In this document: one piece after another, positions 20,652 to 30,043 of the stretch
Layout: each line of letters begins with the position of its first letter
How positions within the stretch are numbered: position 1 is the stretch's first letter
Source of the DNA: Desulfomonilia bacterium
GTDB lineage: Bacteria > Desulfobacterota > Desulfomonilia > UBA1062
Direction: 5' to 3'
Assembly: GCA_050014195.1 (NCBI GenBank)
Contig: JBEKDT010000003.1
Coordinates: forward strand, 32,001-96,000
DNA length: 64,000 bases
Notes under the pieces: generated by a model
What the model saw: the letters and a program-made list of their open reading frames with translations, nothing else
Told to the model about the DNA's origin: nothing
The model's database searches: none
Translations under genes and position numbers: made by a program

Positions 20652-20845
20652 AATTCCCTGTTCCGCGATTCAAATTCCCTGATATGTTGAGTAGGGAATT
20701 CTTTTGCAACCCACTGGAATGAGTCATCATATCGATGCCACTTTTTTCATTTCGGAGCCAGAAACGACAAAATTCCTTGCAAATTCCCTGATAAACAGGG
20801 AATATGGTATAGAGAGTGGTTCGCAGTTGACTGCCAGCACCACCA
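20652..20845 (+). mobile_element. Recombinase-type element end: AATTCCCTG/CAGGGAAT repeats ending in a tRNA/tmRNA-like ...CACCACCA
   Basis: aattccctg at 20652, 20673 and 20782; aattccttg at 20771; agggaat at 20693 and 20797; then ggttcgcagttgactgccagcaccacca. Confidence 0.55.
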
Positions 20846-20885
20846 TTTCATATTATAAATTCATATACTTATAAGTCTCATTTTT

Positions 20886-20907
20886 GATTGCCAACAGATT
20901 GCCAACA
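20886..20907 (+). repeat. Tandem 11-bp repeat GATTGCCAACA x2 (integrase arm-site-like); a similar pair lies at 21992-22013
   Basis: gattgccaacagattgccaaca; attttccaacaaattgccaaca. Confidence 0.65.
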
Positions 20908-21019
20908 CTTTTGCCTAGAAACCAGGTTACACTGTCGACTTTCTGAGTAGGGTATTTAACCTTTTGTCTGAGGATACCCCAGAGACTTTAAGACCTCCCT
21001 ATATTATCCCACATAACAC

Positions 21020-21048
21020 TTGACGTTTAACGCTAAGCGTTATACACA
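21020..21048 (+). promoter_or_regulatory. higBA promoter with palindromic operator
   Basis: TTGACG -35-like hexamer and the palindrome TAACGC-TAA-GCGTTA (21028-21042), just upstream of higB. Confidence 0.6.
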
Positions 21049-21054
21049 TCTTAT

Positions 21055-21309
21055 ATGATAAAGACGTTTCGTTGCAAGGATACGCAAGCCCTATTCGAAG
21101 GTCGTACCCCTCGACGATTCAAGGCTTTTTGTGCAATAGCCGAACGTAAATTACAAATGTTAGACTCCGCCATATCCTTAGAGGATCTGAAAAGTCCACC
21201 CGGGAACCGTAGGGGACAATGGAGCATCAGAATAAACGACCAATGGCGGGTGTGCTTCAGGTTTGAAGAGGGAGAAGTATTGGATGTGGAAATAGTCGAT
21301 TACCACTAA
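21055..21309 (+). CDS. higB: HigB (RelE/ParE superfamily) toxin, apparently with a short internal deletion
   Basis: MIKTFRCKDT...LKSPPGNR-RGQWSIRINDQWRVCF...EIVDYH. Confidence 0.85.
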   Translation: MIKTFRCKDTQALFEGRTPRRFKAFCAIAERKLQMLDSAISLEDLKSPPGNRRGQWSIRINDQWRVCFRFEEGEVLDVEIVDYH

Positions 21310-21319
21310 GGAGCGAGAG

Positions 21320-21625
21320 ATGAATATTAAAAATAACATGCGCCCCATTCATCCGGGAGAAATTCTCCGAGAGGAATTTCTTGTGCCTCTTGGAATAAGT
21401 GCACATGCCTTGGCGCTTGAGCTTAAAGTGCCAGCGCCTCGTATTTATGCTATCATGAACGAGCGCCGTGCAATTACCCCGGACACGGCTTTACGCCTTG
21501 CCAACTATTTTGGGACCACACCTGAATTCTGGCTCAACCTACAGACAGCCTATGATTTGAAAGTCGCTCAACGAAAGTTAGGACCTCTGATCAATAAAGA
21601 AGTGCATTCACGGAATGCAGCATAA
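21320..21625 (+). CDS. higA: HigA antitoxin (HTH)
   Basis: MRPIHPGEILREEFL...ITPDTALRLANYFGTTPEFWLNLQTAYDL. Confidence 0.93.
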   Translation: MNIKNNMRPIHPGEILREEFLVPLGISAHALALELKVPAPRIYAIMNERRAITPDTALRLANYFGTTPEFWLNLQTAYDLKVAQRKLGPLINKEVHSRNAA

Positions 21626-21663
21626 AGCTTGATGCTGAAAAAGAAGCTCGCTTAAAAAATATA

Positions 21664-21840
21664 ATGGGGTATGTTCTTAGTAATAAAGGCGACCTTCCAG
21701 GAGCGTTAACTTATAGCCAGCAGGCACTTGGGATAGATACTAAGGTCTTTGGCTCAGATCGTCCCATCGTTGCATCTGATTTGAAAAACATCAAACAGAT
21801 CCTTCAAGAAGAATCTCAAAAAATAACTGAACTCATGTGA
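21664..21840 (+). pseudogene. Single TPR (TPR_12 / kinesin-light-chain type) repeat remnant
   Basis: MGYVLSNKGDLPGALTYSQQALGIDTKVFGSDRPIVASDLKNI. Confidence 0.5.
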
Positions 21841-22062
21841 ATAAATCTAAAAATGAACTAATAACACATGATCAAAGTCTAAGTGCACTTACCCTTGGTA
21901 TTATAGTTGGTGTTGGATTATTATGCTTTTTATTATTTTCTGGATACCAATACTACAGATCTCGTGGTTAGTTTTCAGTTGTTTAGATCCGATTTTCCAA
22001 CAAATTGCCAACAACATCAACTTATTAATAATATTGAATAATGATCTAAAAAAGGCCCAAAA

Positions 22063-22091
22063 CGAGGGTCCAAATCCCTCCACCTCCACCA
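22063..22091 (+). mobile_element. Duplicated tmRNA/tRNA 3' end (att-core-like)
   Basis: cgagggtccaaatccctccacctccacca is a T-arm (with a TTC>TCC change) plus the acceptor 3' strand and CCA; there is no upstream RNA body. Confidence 0.7.
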
Positions 22092-22382
22092 ATTAAATCA
22101 AGCAACGCGCCGGCTGGCGGATCGACGGCACGACCTGCTGCCCTTGAGGCCTGCGCGATTTTGCGCCAGATTCAGCCCGAAACCAAAATATGAAGTTCAA
22201 ATAATTAACACAAATTTGTTCAGAATAGACCCTGCTGAACAATATTGGCCTGCGTAAAAAAAGCATAATCCAGCAAAAAAAATCGAAATTTGGTTCCACC
22301 ACTGGTGAAGAGATGTTTATCCCATTGATATGAAGGGTTTTTTATCATAAAGCATTCAAGGTATGCTTAAGACAACGATTCA

Positions 22383-22398
22383 TGGCATGGTTCTGGCT
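22383..22398 (+). promoter_or_regulatory. Putative sigma54 (-24/-12) promoter
   Basis: TGGCATGGTTCTGGCT has GG-N10-GC spacing and lies about 110 nt upstream of the operon. Confidence 0.5.
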
Positions 22399-22505
22399 GT
22401 ACATAAGGGGCAGATGATGATACAAAAGAAAATTGTTGCGCCGGTGAAAAGTGTGAACGGCCCGACTGGCTTGATTGATTTTTTACACCAAAGGAAACAA
22501 GATTT

Positions 22506-22946
22506 ATGAACAATCGGGCTTTGAAAACATATATTTTTTATTGCTCAAACAATCTTGAAGCAAGCCAGTTTTCTGGTTTATGTCACGGAAACGATGGGGA
22601 TGCGATCAAGACCATCAGTCTGCCCTGTTCGGGGAAAGTGGATATTCCTTACTTGATCAAGGCATTTGAAAACGGGGCGGACGGTGTGGCGATTGTGACC
22701 TGCAAAAAGAACGAGTGTCGCCACTTCGAGGGCAATCTGCGGGCGCGAAGACGCGCCGAGGCAGTCGAAGCGCTGCTGGAGGAAATCGGCGTGACCGCGG
22801 GCCGGATGGCTGTTTTTGAGTGCGGGAAACAGGACGCCGAATCGGTCCTCGGCGAAATCAAGCAGTTCATTGAACGCTTGAGAAATCTGCCCCCGACGTA
22901 TGCTCGAAGCGGCACCGCCAACAAACAGGAGAGCACGGTAGCATGA
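22506..22946 (+). CDS. MvhD/FlpD-like [2Fe-2S] subunit (divergent copy)
   Basis: SLPCSGKVD..YLIKAFENGADGV...C...C..FEGN. Confidence 0.82.
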   Translation: MNNRALKTYIFYCSNNLEASQFSGLCHGNDGDAIKTISLPCSGKVDIPYLIKAFENGADGVAIVTCKKNECRHFEGNLRARRRAEAVEALLEEIGVTAGRMAVFECGKQDAESVLGEIKQFIERLRNLPPTYARSGTANKQESTVA

Positions 22947-23842
22947 AAGTTGACAGCAAACTCGCAAAAAAAATCGAGACGGGAGACTTTATCGTCACCG
23001 CCGAGTGTGCGCCCGGCGCCACTGCGTCAGGTGCAACCGCTGAGGCAGCTTTGAAAGCCCTGGGCAGCAAACCAGTGGCCGTCAATGTGGCTGACAATTC
23101 ACATGGGGTGGCGCTGTCGTCAATGGCCGCATCCGTGGCAGCGATGAAATTGGGTATTGAACCGGTCCTCCAAATGGTCACTCGCGACCGGAACCGCATC
23201 GCGTTACAGTCCGATTTGCTGGGAGCCGCCAGCTTGGGAATCAAGAATGTGCTCTGCATGTCCGGTTATCATCAGACACTGATCGGACGACCGGAATCAG
23301 TTAATGTATTTGATATCGATTCCATTCAGTTTATCGAGTTGACCAACCGGATGTCCGAAAATGGCGTGCTGGCCGACGGAACCAGCATAGACGGTCCGTT
23401 TCCAATGCTGGTGGGTGCTGCGGCAAATCCATTCCTGAAACCGCTCGAGCTGAACCTGCTCAGGCTGGGCCAAAAAGTCGAAGCCGGTGCCAGGTTTGTT
23501 CAAACTCACGCGGTATTTGACATTCAGGCCTTTGGCCAATGGCTTGACGCCGCCCGCAAAGAAGGCTTCACCAAAAAGACTGCCATTCTGGCCAGCGTTT
23601 ATCCCTTGGAAAGCGTGGCGGAAGCCCAAAAGCTCCGCGATACCTATGCCGAATTCTGCATTCCGGACGAAGTCATTGAACGGCTGAAAAAAGCAGGCGA
23701 TGCCGGTAAGAAAGAGGGCTTGGCCATTTGCGTTGAAACCATCAAGCAGCTTAAAGCGCTTACGGGTTTGCGCGGAATCCATATTCTTTCGGGTGGCAAG
23801 GAAGCAGTTGTGCCCGACTTGGTTGCCGCTTCCGGACTGTAG
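22943..23842 (+). CDS. metF: Methylenetetrahydrofolate reductase MetF (MetV-partnered type)
   Basis: VTAECAP, EPVLQMVTRDRNRIALQSDLLGA, KVEAGARFVQT. Confidence 0.88.
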   Translation: MKVDSKLAKKIETGDFIVTAECAPGATASGATAEAALKALGSKPVAVNVADNSHGVALSSMAASVAAMKLGIEPVLQMVTRDRNRIALQSDLLGAASLGIKNVLCMSGYHQTLIGRPESVNVFDIDSIQFIELTNRMSENGVLADGTSIDGPFPMLVGAAANPFLKPLELNLLRLGQKVEAGARFVQTHAVFDIQAFGQWLDAARKEGFTKKTAILASVYPLESVAEAQKLRDTYAEFCIPDEVIERLKKAGDAGKKEGLAICVETIKQLKALTGLRGIHILSGGKEAVVPDLVAASGL

Positions 23843-23857
23843 TAGCGTGGAGAGGTT

Positions 23858-25252
23858 ATGCCGGAAAAATATCACATCAAAACCCAGCCGGTTCCGCCGC
23901 GGCGGCCGCGCATAGGCAAACATGGCGTAGTAGACTGGCGTGAAGACTGCGCCCGGTGTCATAACTGCGTTAAAAAAGCCTGTGTCTATGACCGCTACCG
24001 GCAGGAGGCGGAATACATTCGCAACTTAAATGAAGTCGAGGCATTGTTTTTTGACTGCATGGGCTGTTTTTCCTGCGTGCAGGACTGCACCAAGGGCTTA
24101 TTACGCCTGTCAATAAACCCGGAGTATGAAAAACTCGGGAACAGTTACTGGAAACCCGACATCATAAAAACGACGTGGCTTCAGGCCGAAACCGCGAAAA
24201 TCCCGGTTTCCGGAGCTGGCTACCGGGGGCCGTTTTCCGGCAAGGGCTTCGATTCCATGTGGACGGACATGTCGGAGATTGTCCGCCCGACCCGCGACGG
24301 CATTCACGGACGGGAATACATCAGCACTTCGGTTGACATCGGCCGCAAGCCGCCGTTTCTGGCAATGAATGGAAACAAATCCACGGCCCTGCCACCGCTG
24401 GTCTCGATTCCGATGCCTTTGATCTTTGATTTGAGCTCTCCCGCGCACACGCTGCCTAAGCTTGATCCAATCATCGAACAGACCGCCGTCGACACCGGCC
24501 TGATCGCCCTCATGGACTCGCGTTACCGGCCGGCAAGCGACGCCCACCTGGAGAACATCGCATTTTATCTTGGCCCGGACAGTCCGAGCGTGCCGGATAC
24601 GATGCTGAAAAAAACCCGCCTGGTGGAAATCGCAGACAGCCAGGACGTGGCGAAGCGCATCAAGGCGATCAAAAAAATCCACCCGGAAATTGTCGTCACC
24701 ATCCGGGTGGAACTGACCGATGCGGGAATCGGACGCGCCATAGAGCTGGCGGGCTTAAAAGAGATTGAAGTGATCCACATCGTCTCCGATGCCAACGGCA
24801 ATGAGCTCACGGCGCAAAGCCCAAGGTTCATCAAGGACATGATCCGTCAGATTCATACCACGCTCATCGATAAGGGCATCCGGGATGAAATAACACTCAT
24901 GGCCGGCGGCGGCATCGCGCTGCCCGAGCACCTGGCCAAGGCCATTATCTGCGGCGCCGACCTGGTGACCATCAACCTGCCGCTCCTCGTCGCGCTGGAA
25001 TGTCATCTGTGCGACAGTTGTGAGCCCGAAACGACGTGCCCGGCCAAGCTGGAGAACATTGATTTCAACTACGGCGTGGGCCGGATGACGAACCTGATCG
25101 CGGCATGGCACGACCAGTTGATCGAGCTGATGGGTGCCATGGGCATGCGCGAGGTCCGCCGCCTGCGGGGCGACGTCGGCCGCGCCATGTTTTTCGAGAA
25201 CCTCGAGGAGGAAACATTTGGCAAGCTCTATGGAAAAAGAAAGACAGACTGA
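23858..25252 (+). CDS. Glutamate-synthase FMN-domain paralog with an N-terminal 2[4Fe-4S] ferredoxin; probably non-catalytic
   Basis: CARCHNC..C and CMGCFSC...C, AGGGI...LAKAI.CGAD, CHLCDSC.....C; lacks the GGMSFG and QGAKPG.GG motifs. Confidence 0.75.
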   Translation: MPEKYHIKTQPVPPRRPRIGKHGVVDWREDCARCHNCVKKACVYDRYRQEAEYIRNLNEVEALFFDCMGCFSCVQDCTKGLLRLSINPEYEKLGNSYWKPDIIKTTWLQAETAKIPVSGAGYRGPFSGKGFDSMWTDMSEIVRPTRDGIHGREYISTSVDIGRKPPFLAMNGNKSTALPPLVSIPMPLIFDLSSPAHTLPKLDPIIEQTAVDTGLIALMDSRYRPASDAHLENIAFYLGPDSPSVPDTMLKKTRLVEIADSQDVAKRIKAIKKIHPEIVVTIRVELTDAGIGRAIELAGLKEIEVIHIVSDANGNELTAQSPRFIKDMIRQIHTTLIDKGIRDEITLMAGGGIALPEHLAKAIICGADLVTINLPLLVALECHLCDSCEPETTCPAKLENIDFNYGVGRMTNLIAAWHDQLIELMGAMGMREVRRLRGDVGRAMFFENLEEETFGKLYGKRKTD

Positions 25253-26798
25253 GGACATTCTGCCTGAGAACACGCGCAAGACGCTCGTGCCGCAGGAGCA
25301 AGTGCAGCGCCTCGTCAAACCCGCGCCGTCCCGCTATCGCAACGAAATTGCCAAGTATATCGTGCACCGCAGCCCAGACTGCAAACGCTGCGGCAAGTGC
25401 GTGGAGGTCTGCTCCTATGGCGTCCACGTCCACGAACCCGGGTTCAAATATTTCGGCGAGCCCGAGCATCACTTGTGCATCGGGCCTTCCTGCGAAAATA
25501 CGGATAAGTATTGCGTGGCCCATTGCCCTCAAGGGGCTTTGTCGATCCGGGAAAATCCCACGTTCACAACGCTCGGCGATTATCGCTGGACCGCGGATTT
25601 GATTCTGGCGACATGGAAGATGGCCGAGACCGGAGATGTACCGCCCGAGGCCTACGATTTCAACTACGAATGCGGCAATTCCGGCGGCGGCTTTGACCGG
25701 CTCCGGTTCAAATTCCCGGACAAGCCTCCCGTCGAGCTCGACGAAAGCGAGATCGACACGAGCATCTCGCTGAATAAGCGCGGCGACGGCCGGCCCGAAA
25801 TCAAGATTGATGTTCCCTGGTACGGCGGCGGCATGTCGTTCGGCTCGGTCAGCAACGTAACCCAGCTTTCAAAGGCCCGGGCGGCAGTTGCGTTCAACAC
25901 GTTCACCTGCACCGGTGAGGGTGGTTACATGGAGCGCATGCGGCCGTATGACGACCACGTCATCACACAGGTCGCCACAGGCCTGTTCGGCGTGCGTGAG
26001 GAAACCATCCAGCGCGTGCCCATCGTGGAATTCAAGTATGCCCAGGGCGCCAAGCCAGGCCTCGGCGGTCATCTGCTCGGCGACAAAAACACCATCGCCG
26101 TCGCCCGCATGCGCGAGGCGGTGCTCGGCATCTCCCTGTTCTCCCCGTTCCCATTCCACAGTGTCTATTCCATCGAAGACCACGCCAAGCACATTGAATG
26201 GATCAAGCACGTGAACCGGAGCGCCTTGATCTCGACGAAGGTTTCAACCCCGACGGACGTGGACATGGTGGCGGTGGGCAGTTATTCCGCCGGCACGCAC
26301 ATCGTCCACATTGACGGCGGCTACGGCGGGACCGGCGCGGCGCCGGACATCGCCAAGAAGAACATCGCCATGCCCATTGAATACGCCATCGGCAAGGTAC
26401 ACAATTTCCTCGAAGCCGAGGGCGTCCGCGATAAGGTGACGCTGATCGCCAGCGGCGGAATCCGCACGGCCCACGACATCGCCAAGGCCATCGCACTGGG
26501 CGCGGACGGGGTGGTCATCGGTACCTCGGAAATGGTGGCGCTGGGCTGTGTTCGGTGCAGCCGCTGCGAGAGCGGGCGGGGCTGTCCGCGGGGCATCGCC
26601 ACGACCGACCCCGAGCTTGCCGCCAAAATGAAAGTTGAATGGGGCACCCAGCGACTCATCAACCTTTACAGCGCCTGGCAGAAAACGCTGGTCAAAATTC
26701 TGCAGCGCCTCGGCCTCAAAAGCGTCAGCGAACTGCGCGGACGCACCGACCTCATGATGCATCTGGATTACACCAACGAGGTAATGACAGACAAATGA
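25230..26798 (+). CDS. Glutamate-synthase FMN-binding subunit (GltB2-like) with a ferredoxin domain
   Basis: GGGMSFGS, CTGEGG, QVATGLFGV, KYAQGAKPGLGGHL, CVRCSRCESGRGCPRGIAT; probable start ATG 25230. Confidence 0.88.
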   Translation: MEKERQTEDILPENTRKTLVPQEQVQRLVKPAPSRYRNEIAKYIVHRSPDCKRCGKCVEVCSYGVHVHEPGFKYFGEPEHHLCIGPSCENTDKYCVAHCPQGALSIRENPTFTTLGDYRWTADLILATWKMAETGDVPPEAYDFNYECGNSGGGFDRLRFKFPDKPPVELDESEIDTSISLNKRGDGRPEIKIDVPWYGGGMSFGSVSNVTQLSKARAAVAFNTFTCTGEGGYMERMRPYDDHVITQVATGLFGVREETIQRVPIVEFKYAQGAKPGLGGHLLGDKNTIAVARMREAVLGISLFSPFPFHSVYSIEDHAKHIEWIKHVNRSALISTKVSTPTDVDMVAVGSYSAGTHIVHIDGGYGGTGAAPDIAKKNIAMPIEYAIGKVHNFLEAEGVRDKVTLIASGGIRTAHDIAKAIALGADGVVIGTSEMVALGCVRCSRCESGRGCPRGIATTDPELAAKMKVEWGTQRLINLYSAWQKTLVKILQRLGLKSVSELRGRTDLMMHLDYTNEVMTDK

Positions 26799-29461
26799 AC
26801 ACTGAATTGATCAATAAGCTGACCGGTTCAAGAAAACGACTCGCTGAGAGTCTTAAGTTATCCCCGATCCTTCGGAAGGAAGCAGAGGAAGGCGGCTGCG
26901 GCGTGGTCGGTTTCTGCTGCAGCGAGCCGGTTGCGGGCCGGCACATTTACGAACCGTCGCGCCAGATGCACAACCGCGGGAACGGCAAGGGCGGCGGCAT
27001 CGCCGCGGTGGGGTTCGTCCCGGAGCAGCTTGGGGTCAGCCGCGAGGTGCTGGGCACCCATTACCTGCTGAACGTGGCCTTCATCGACACTTCTTTGCGT
27101 CCGGAAATCGAAGAGGAGTTTATCAAGCCGTTCTTTGACGTCGCCGCCTCTGCGCAGTTCGACAAGGTGGACGACTGGAAATCCGTGCCGGGCCTTGAGG
27201 TGCTCCCGCCGGATGTCTGCCGTTACTTTGTACGCGTCAAGCCGCAGGTGCTCTTCGAGTTCATCGAGAAGAACGGCCTGCAGGCGCTCGACCGCGGCGA
27301 GGCGGAGGACGAATTCGTCAACCAGAACAGCTTCAGCCTCAATCAGAAGTATTACGCGTCCCTGGGCGAAAAACGCGCCTTCGTGCTCTCGCACGGCCGG
27401 GATATCATGATCCTTAAAGTTGTCGGCTATGCCGAAGCCATCGTGAAGTATTACAAAATCGAGGATCTGTGCGCCCACATATGGATCGCCCACCAGCGAT
27501 TCCCCACCAAGGGCCGCGTCTGGCACCCCGGCGGCGCCCATCCGTTCGCGGCCATTGACATGGCACTGGTGCACAACGGCGACTTTGCCAACTACCATTC
27601 GGTGACCGAATATCTCAAGCAGCGCCACATCTATCCCCAGTTTCTCACCGATACGGAAGTGTCCGCACAGCTCTTCGACCTGCTCAGCAGGACCTACCAT
27701 TACCCGCTGGAATACATCATCGAAGCCCTGGCGCCGACCACGGAGCTGGACTTCGACCGGCTCGACCCTGAGAAGCAGAAGATTTACCGGGCCATCCAGG
27801 CCACCCACATGCACGGCTCGCCCGACGGCCCCTGGTTCTTCATCATTGCCCGCAACCTCGCCCGCGTCAAACAGTTCCAGTTAATGGGCATCACCGACAC
27901 CGCGATGCTGCGGCCCCAGGTGTTCGCCTTCTGCGACGGCGAAGTCCAGGTGGGGCTGATCGCCTCGGAAAAGCAGGCCATTGACGCCACGCTCATGAGC
28001 CTGTCGAAGGATGACAAGCGGATCTGTCCCGTGGCGGACCGCTACTGGAATGCGCGCGGCGGCAGCTATGACGATGGCGGGGCGTTCATTTTCAACCTGA
28101 AGAAAGATCCGGCCGGCAAAATCCGGATCACCTGCACGGACAAATTCGGCACGCAGGTCGCTATGCCGGGCGGTACCGAGTCGTGCGATTTTTCCAAGGA
28201 ATTTTCATTATCCTCCGAATCGAGGGAGACTATACAGACAATAATCAGCGAGAGATTTATACCCGGCAACAGCGTCGCGATTTTTGAAATGATCCGCGGC
28301 CTCATACCGAACTCGACGTTTGACGAGATCGATCTGGCGTGCCGGCAGATCATCAACCAGGCCAGGGACTCTTCCAAGACGGCCACGGCGATAGAAGTCC
28401 TGACGCTGCTCAACGACCGGCGCTACTCGACCGGCTCGAAGAGACGCAGCCACGTGCTCCACATCGTGCGCACCGAGCTGAACGCTCTGTTCTCAAGCCT
28501 CCCCAAAATCAGCGACAAGGATGCCGCAAAGGGCGCGTATCGCCTGGTTGATTTTACGTCGCGCGGACACCTGCGGGGGCCGCAAGGCATGGAAAACACG
28601 CTGGTGATCGACGCCGCCGGATTTCCACCCGAAGGATACGACTGCGACGCCGCGCTGCTGGTTGACGCTTTTATGTTAGGCTGGCGCCGTTTCATCTGCT
28701 TCAACTGCATCGGCCAGCGGTACACCGGCTGCGGCCTCGGTCCGGAAACCGGGGATGTTACCATCGACGTGTACGGCAGCAGCGGCGATTATCTCGGTTC
28801 GGGCATTGACGGGCTGACGATCACGGTGCACGGCAACGCCCAGGACCAACTGGGGCAGATCGTCAAGCTGGGGAAAATGGTCATCCACGGCGACGTGGGC
28901 CAGACCTTCATGTACGGTGCCAAGGGCGGCGAGGTCTATGTGCTCGGCAACGCGGCGGGAAGGCCGCTCATCAACTCCGTGGGCCGGCCCAAGGTGGTCA
29001 TCAACGGCACCTGCCTCGACTTCCTCGGCGAGTCCTTCATGGCCGGCGACCCGCTCAATGGCGGCGGCTTCGTGATCTTAAACGGCGTCAAGCTCGATGA
29101 CGAAGGGAAACCGGTTCCGCTTCTTGATCCTTACCCGGGCAGCAACCTATTTTCGCTGGCTTCGGGCGGCGCCATTTTTGTCCGCGACCCGGGAAAGACC
29201 CTGGTGGACCAGCAGCTGAACGGCGGCCGGTTCGCCAAGGTGACCGACGCCGACTGGGAGCTGATCCTGCCGTTCCTGGAGGAGAACCAGAAACATTTCG
29301 GGATAACCGTCAGTGCGCTTTTGACCGTGGATGGCAAGCAGCTCGAGCCGTGCCGGGTGTATCGCAAGGTTGTTCCCGGCAATGTAAAGGACATTGTCCT
29401 GGAGGACACCGACGATGTCTGGGCTGAAGAACCGATTGAAGAACTGGCCGTGAATAAATAA
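26795..29461 (+). CDS. Glutamate-synthase amidotransferase + GXGXG subunit (GltB1-GltB3 fusion)
   Basis: EEGG|CGVVG Ntn nucleophile, HQRFPT, HPF, HNGD, TDTEV, DGPW; C-terminal beta-helix G.AQDQLG, GDVGQTFMYGAKGG; ATGA overlap at 26795. Confidence 0.88.
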   Translation: MNTELINKLTGSRKRLAESLKLSPILRKEAEEGGCGVVGFCCSEPVAGRHIYEPSRQMHNRGNGKGGGIAAVGFVPEQLGVSREVLGTHYLLNVAFIDTSLRPEIEEEFIKPFFDVAASAQFDKVDDWKSVPGLEVLPPDVCRYFVRVKPQVLFEFIEKNGLQALDRGEAEDEFVNQNSFSLNQKYYASLGEKRAFVLSHGRDIMILKVVGYAEAIVKYYKIEDLCAHIWIAHQRFPTKGRVWHPGGAHPFAAIDMALVHNGDFANYHSVTEYLKQRHIYPQFLTDTEVSAQLFDLLSRTYHYPLEYIIEALAPTTELDFDRLDPEKQKIYRAIQATHMHGSPDGPWFFIIARNLARVKQFQLMGITDTAMLRPQVFAFCDGEVQVGLIASEKQAIDATLMSLSKDDKRICPVADRYWNARGGSYDDGGAFIFNLKKDPAGKIRITCTDKFGTQVAMPGGTESCDFSKEFSLSSESRETIQTIISERFIPGNSVAIFEMIRGLIPNSTFDEIDLACRQIINQARDSSKTATAIEVLTLLNDRRYSTGSKRRSHVLHIVRTELNALFSSLPKISDKDAAKGAYRLVDFTSRGHLRGPQGMENTLVIDAAGFPPEGYDCDAALLVDAFMLGWRRFICFNCIGQRYTGCGLGPETGDVTIDVYGSSGDYLGSGIDGLTITVHGNAQDQLGQIVKLGKMVIHGDVGQTFMYGAKGGEVYVLGNAAGRPLINSVGRPKVVINGTCLDFLGESFMAGDPLNGGGFVILNGVKLDDEGKPVPLLDPYPGSNLFSLASGGAIFVRDPGKTLVDQQLNGGRFAKVTDADWELILPFLEENQKHFGITVSALLTVDGKQLEPCRVYRKVVPGNVKDIVLEDTDDVWAEEPIEELAVNK

Positions 29462-29476
29462 CCGGAGATTACTATC

Positions 29477-30043
29477 GTGATAACCATCAAGAAAAACAGG
29501 ATCGGCTATGGGCTGAAGAGCGCCGTCGAGGAGCTGACCGGCGTTGACGGAAACGTCTGCCTGCAGTGCAAGAAATGCTCGAGCGGATGCCCGGTGGCAA
29601 AGCTCGCCAGAACCCGGCCATCGGAAATCATGCGTCTGCTGCACCTCGGCGCCGGGGAGGAACTGCTCGAGCGCGACCTCGTCTGGCTGTGCGTCTCGTG
29701 CGAAACCTGCTCGTCGCGCTGCCCCATGCGCATTGATGTGGCCGCTGTCATGGACTCGCTCCGCCGACTTGCCTTAGAGCGGGGCGCGCCGAAACCTCAA
29801 GGCGACATGCCGCTGTTCAACCGCGCATTCTTGAAGACGGTCGAGATCTTCGGCCGCCCCTACGATATCGCCATGATCACCGCCTACAAGATCGGCACGG
29901 GCAAATTGATGGACGACACGGAAAAATTCCCGGCCATGCTGAAGAAGGGAAAAATCGCGCTGCTGCCGCCGCTTAATGGCGACAGGAAAACCGTGAAACG
30001 TATTTTCAAAAAAACAAAACAAAACCGAGGAACCCGAGCATGA
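29477..30043 (+). CDS. hdrC: Heterodisulfide reductase subunit C-like
   Basis: CLQCKKCSSGCP and WLCVSCETCSSRCP. Confidence 0.9.
   Translation: MITIKKNRIGYGLKSAVEELTGVDGNVCLQCKKCSSGCPVAKLARTRPSEIMRLLHLGAGEELLERDLVWLCVSCETCSSRCPMRIDVAAVMDSLRRLALERGAPKPQGDMPLFNRAFLKTVEIFGRPYDIAMITAYKIGTGKLMDDTEKFPAMLKKGKIALLPPLNGDRKTVKRIFKKTKQNRGTRA

Noticed and set aside
22040-22091. Intact tRNA or tmRNA gene
   Set aside because: Only a mutated T-arm and acceptor 3' strand are present; the upstream sequence cannot form the rest of the RNA
25134-25229. ORF-track N-terminal extensions of the Glt subunits (also 26639-26794)
   Set aside because: They overlap upstream genes extensively; coupled starts at 25230 and 26795 fit better
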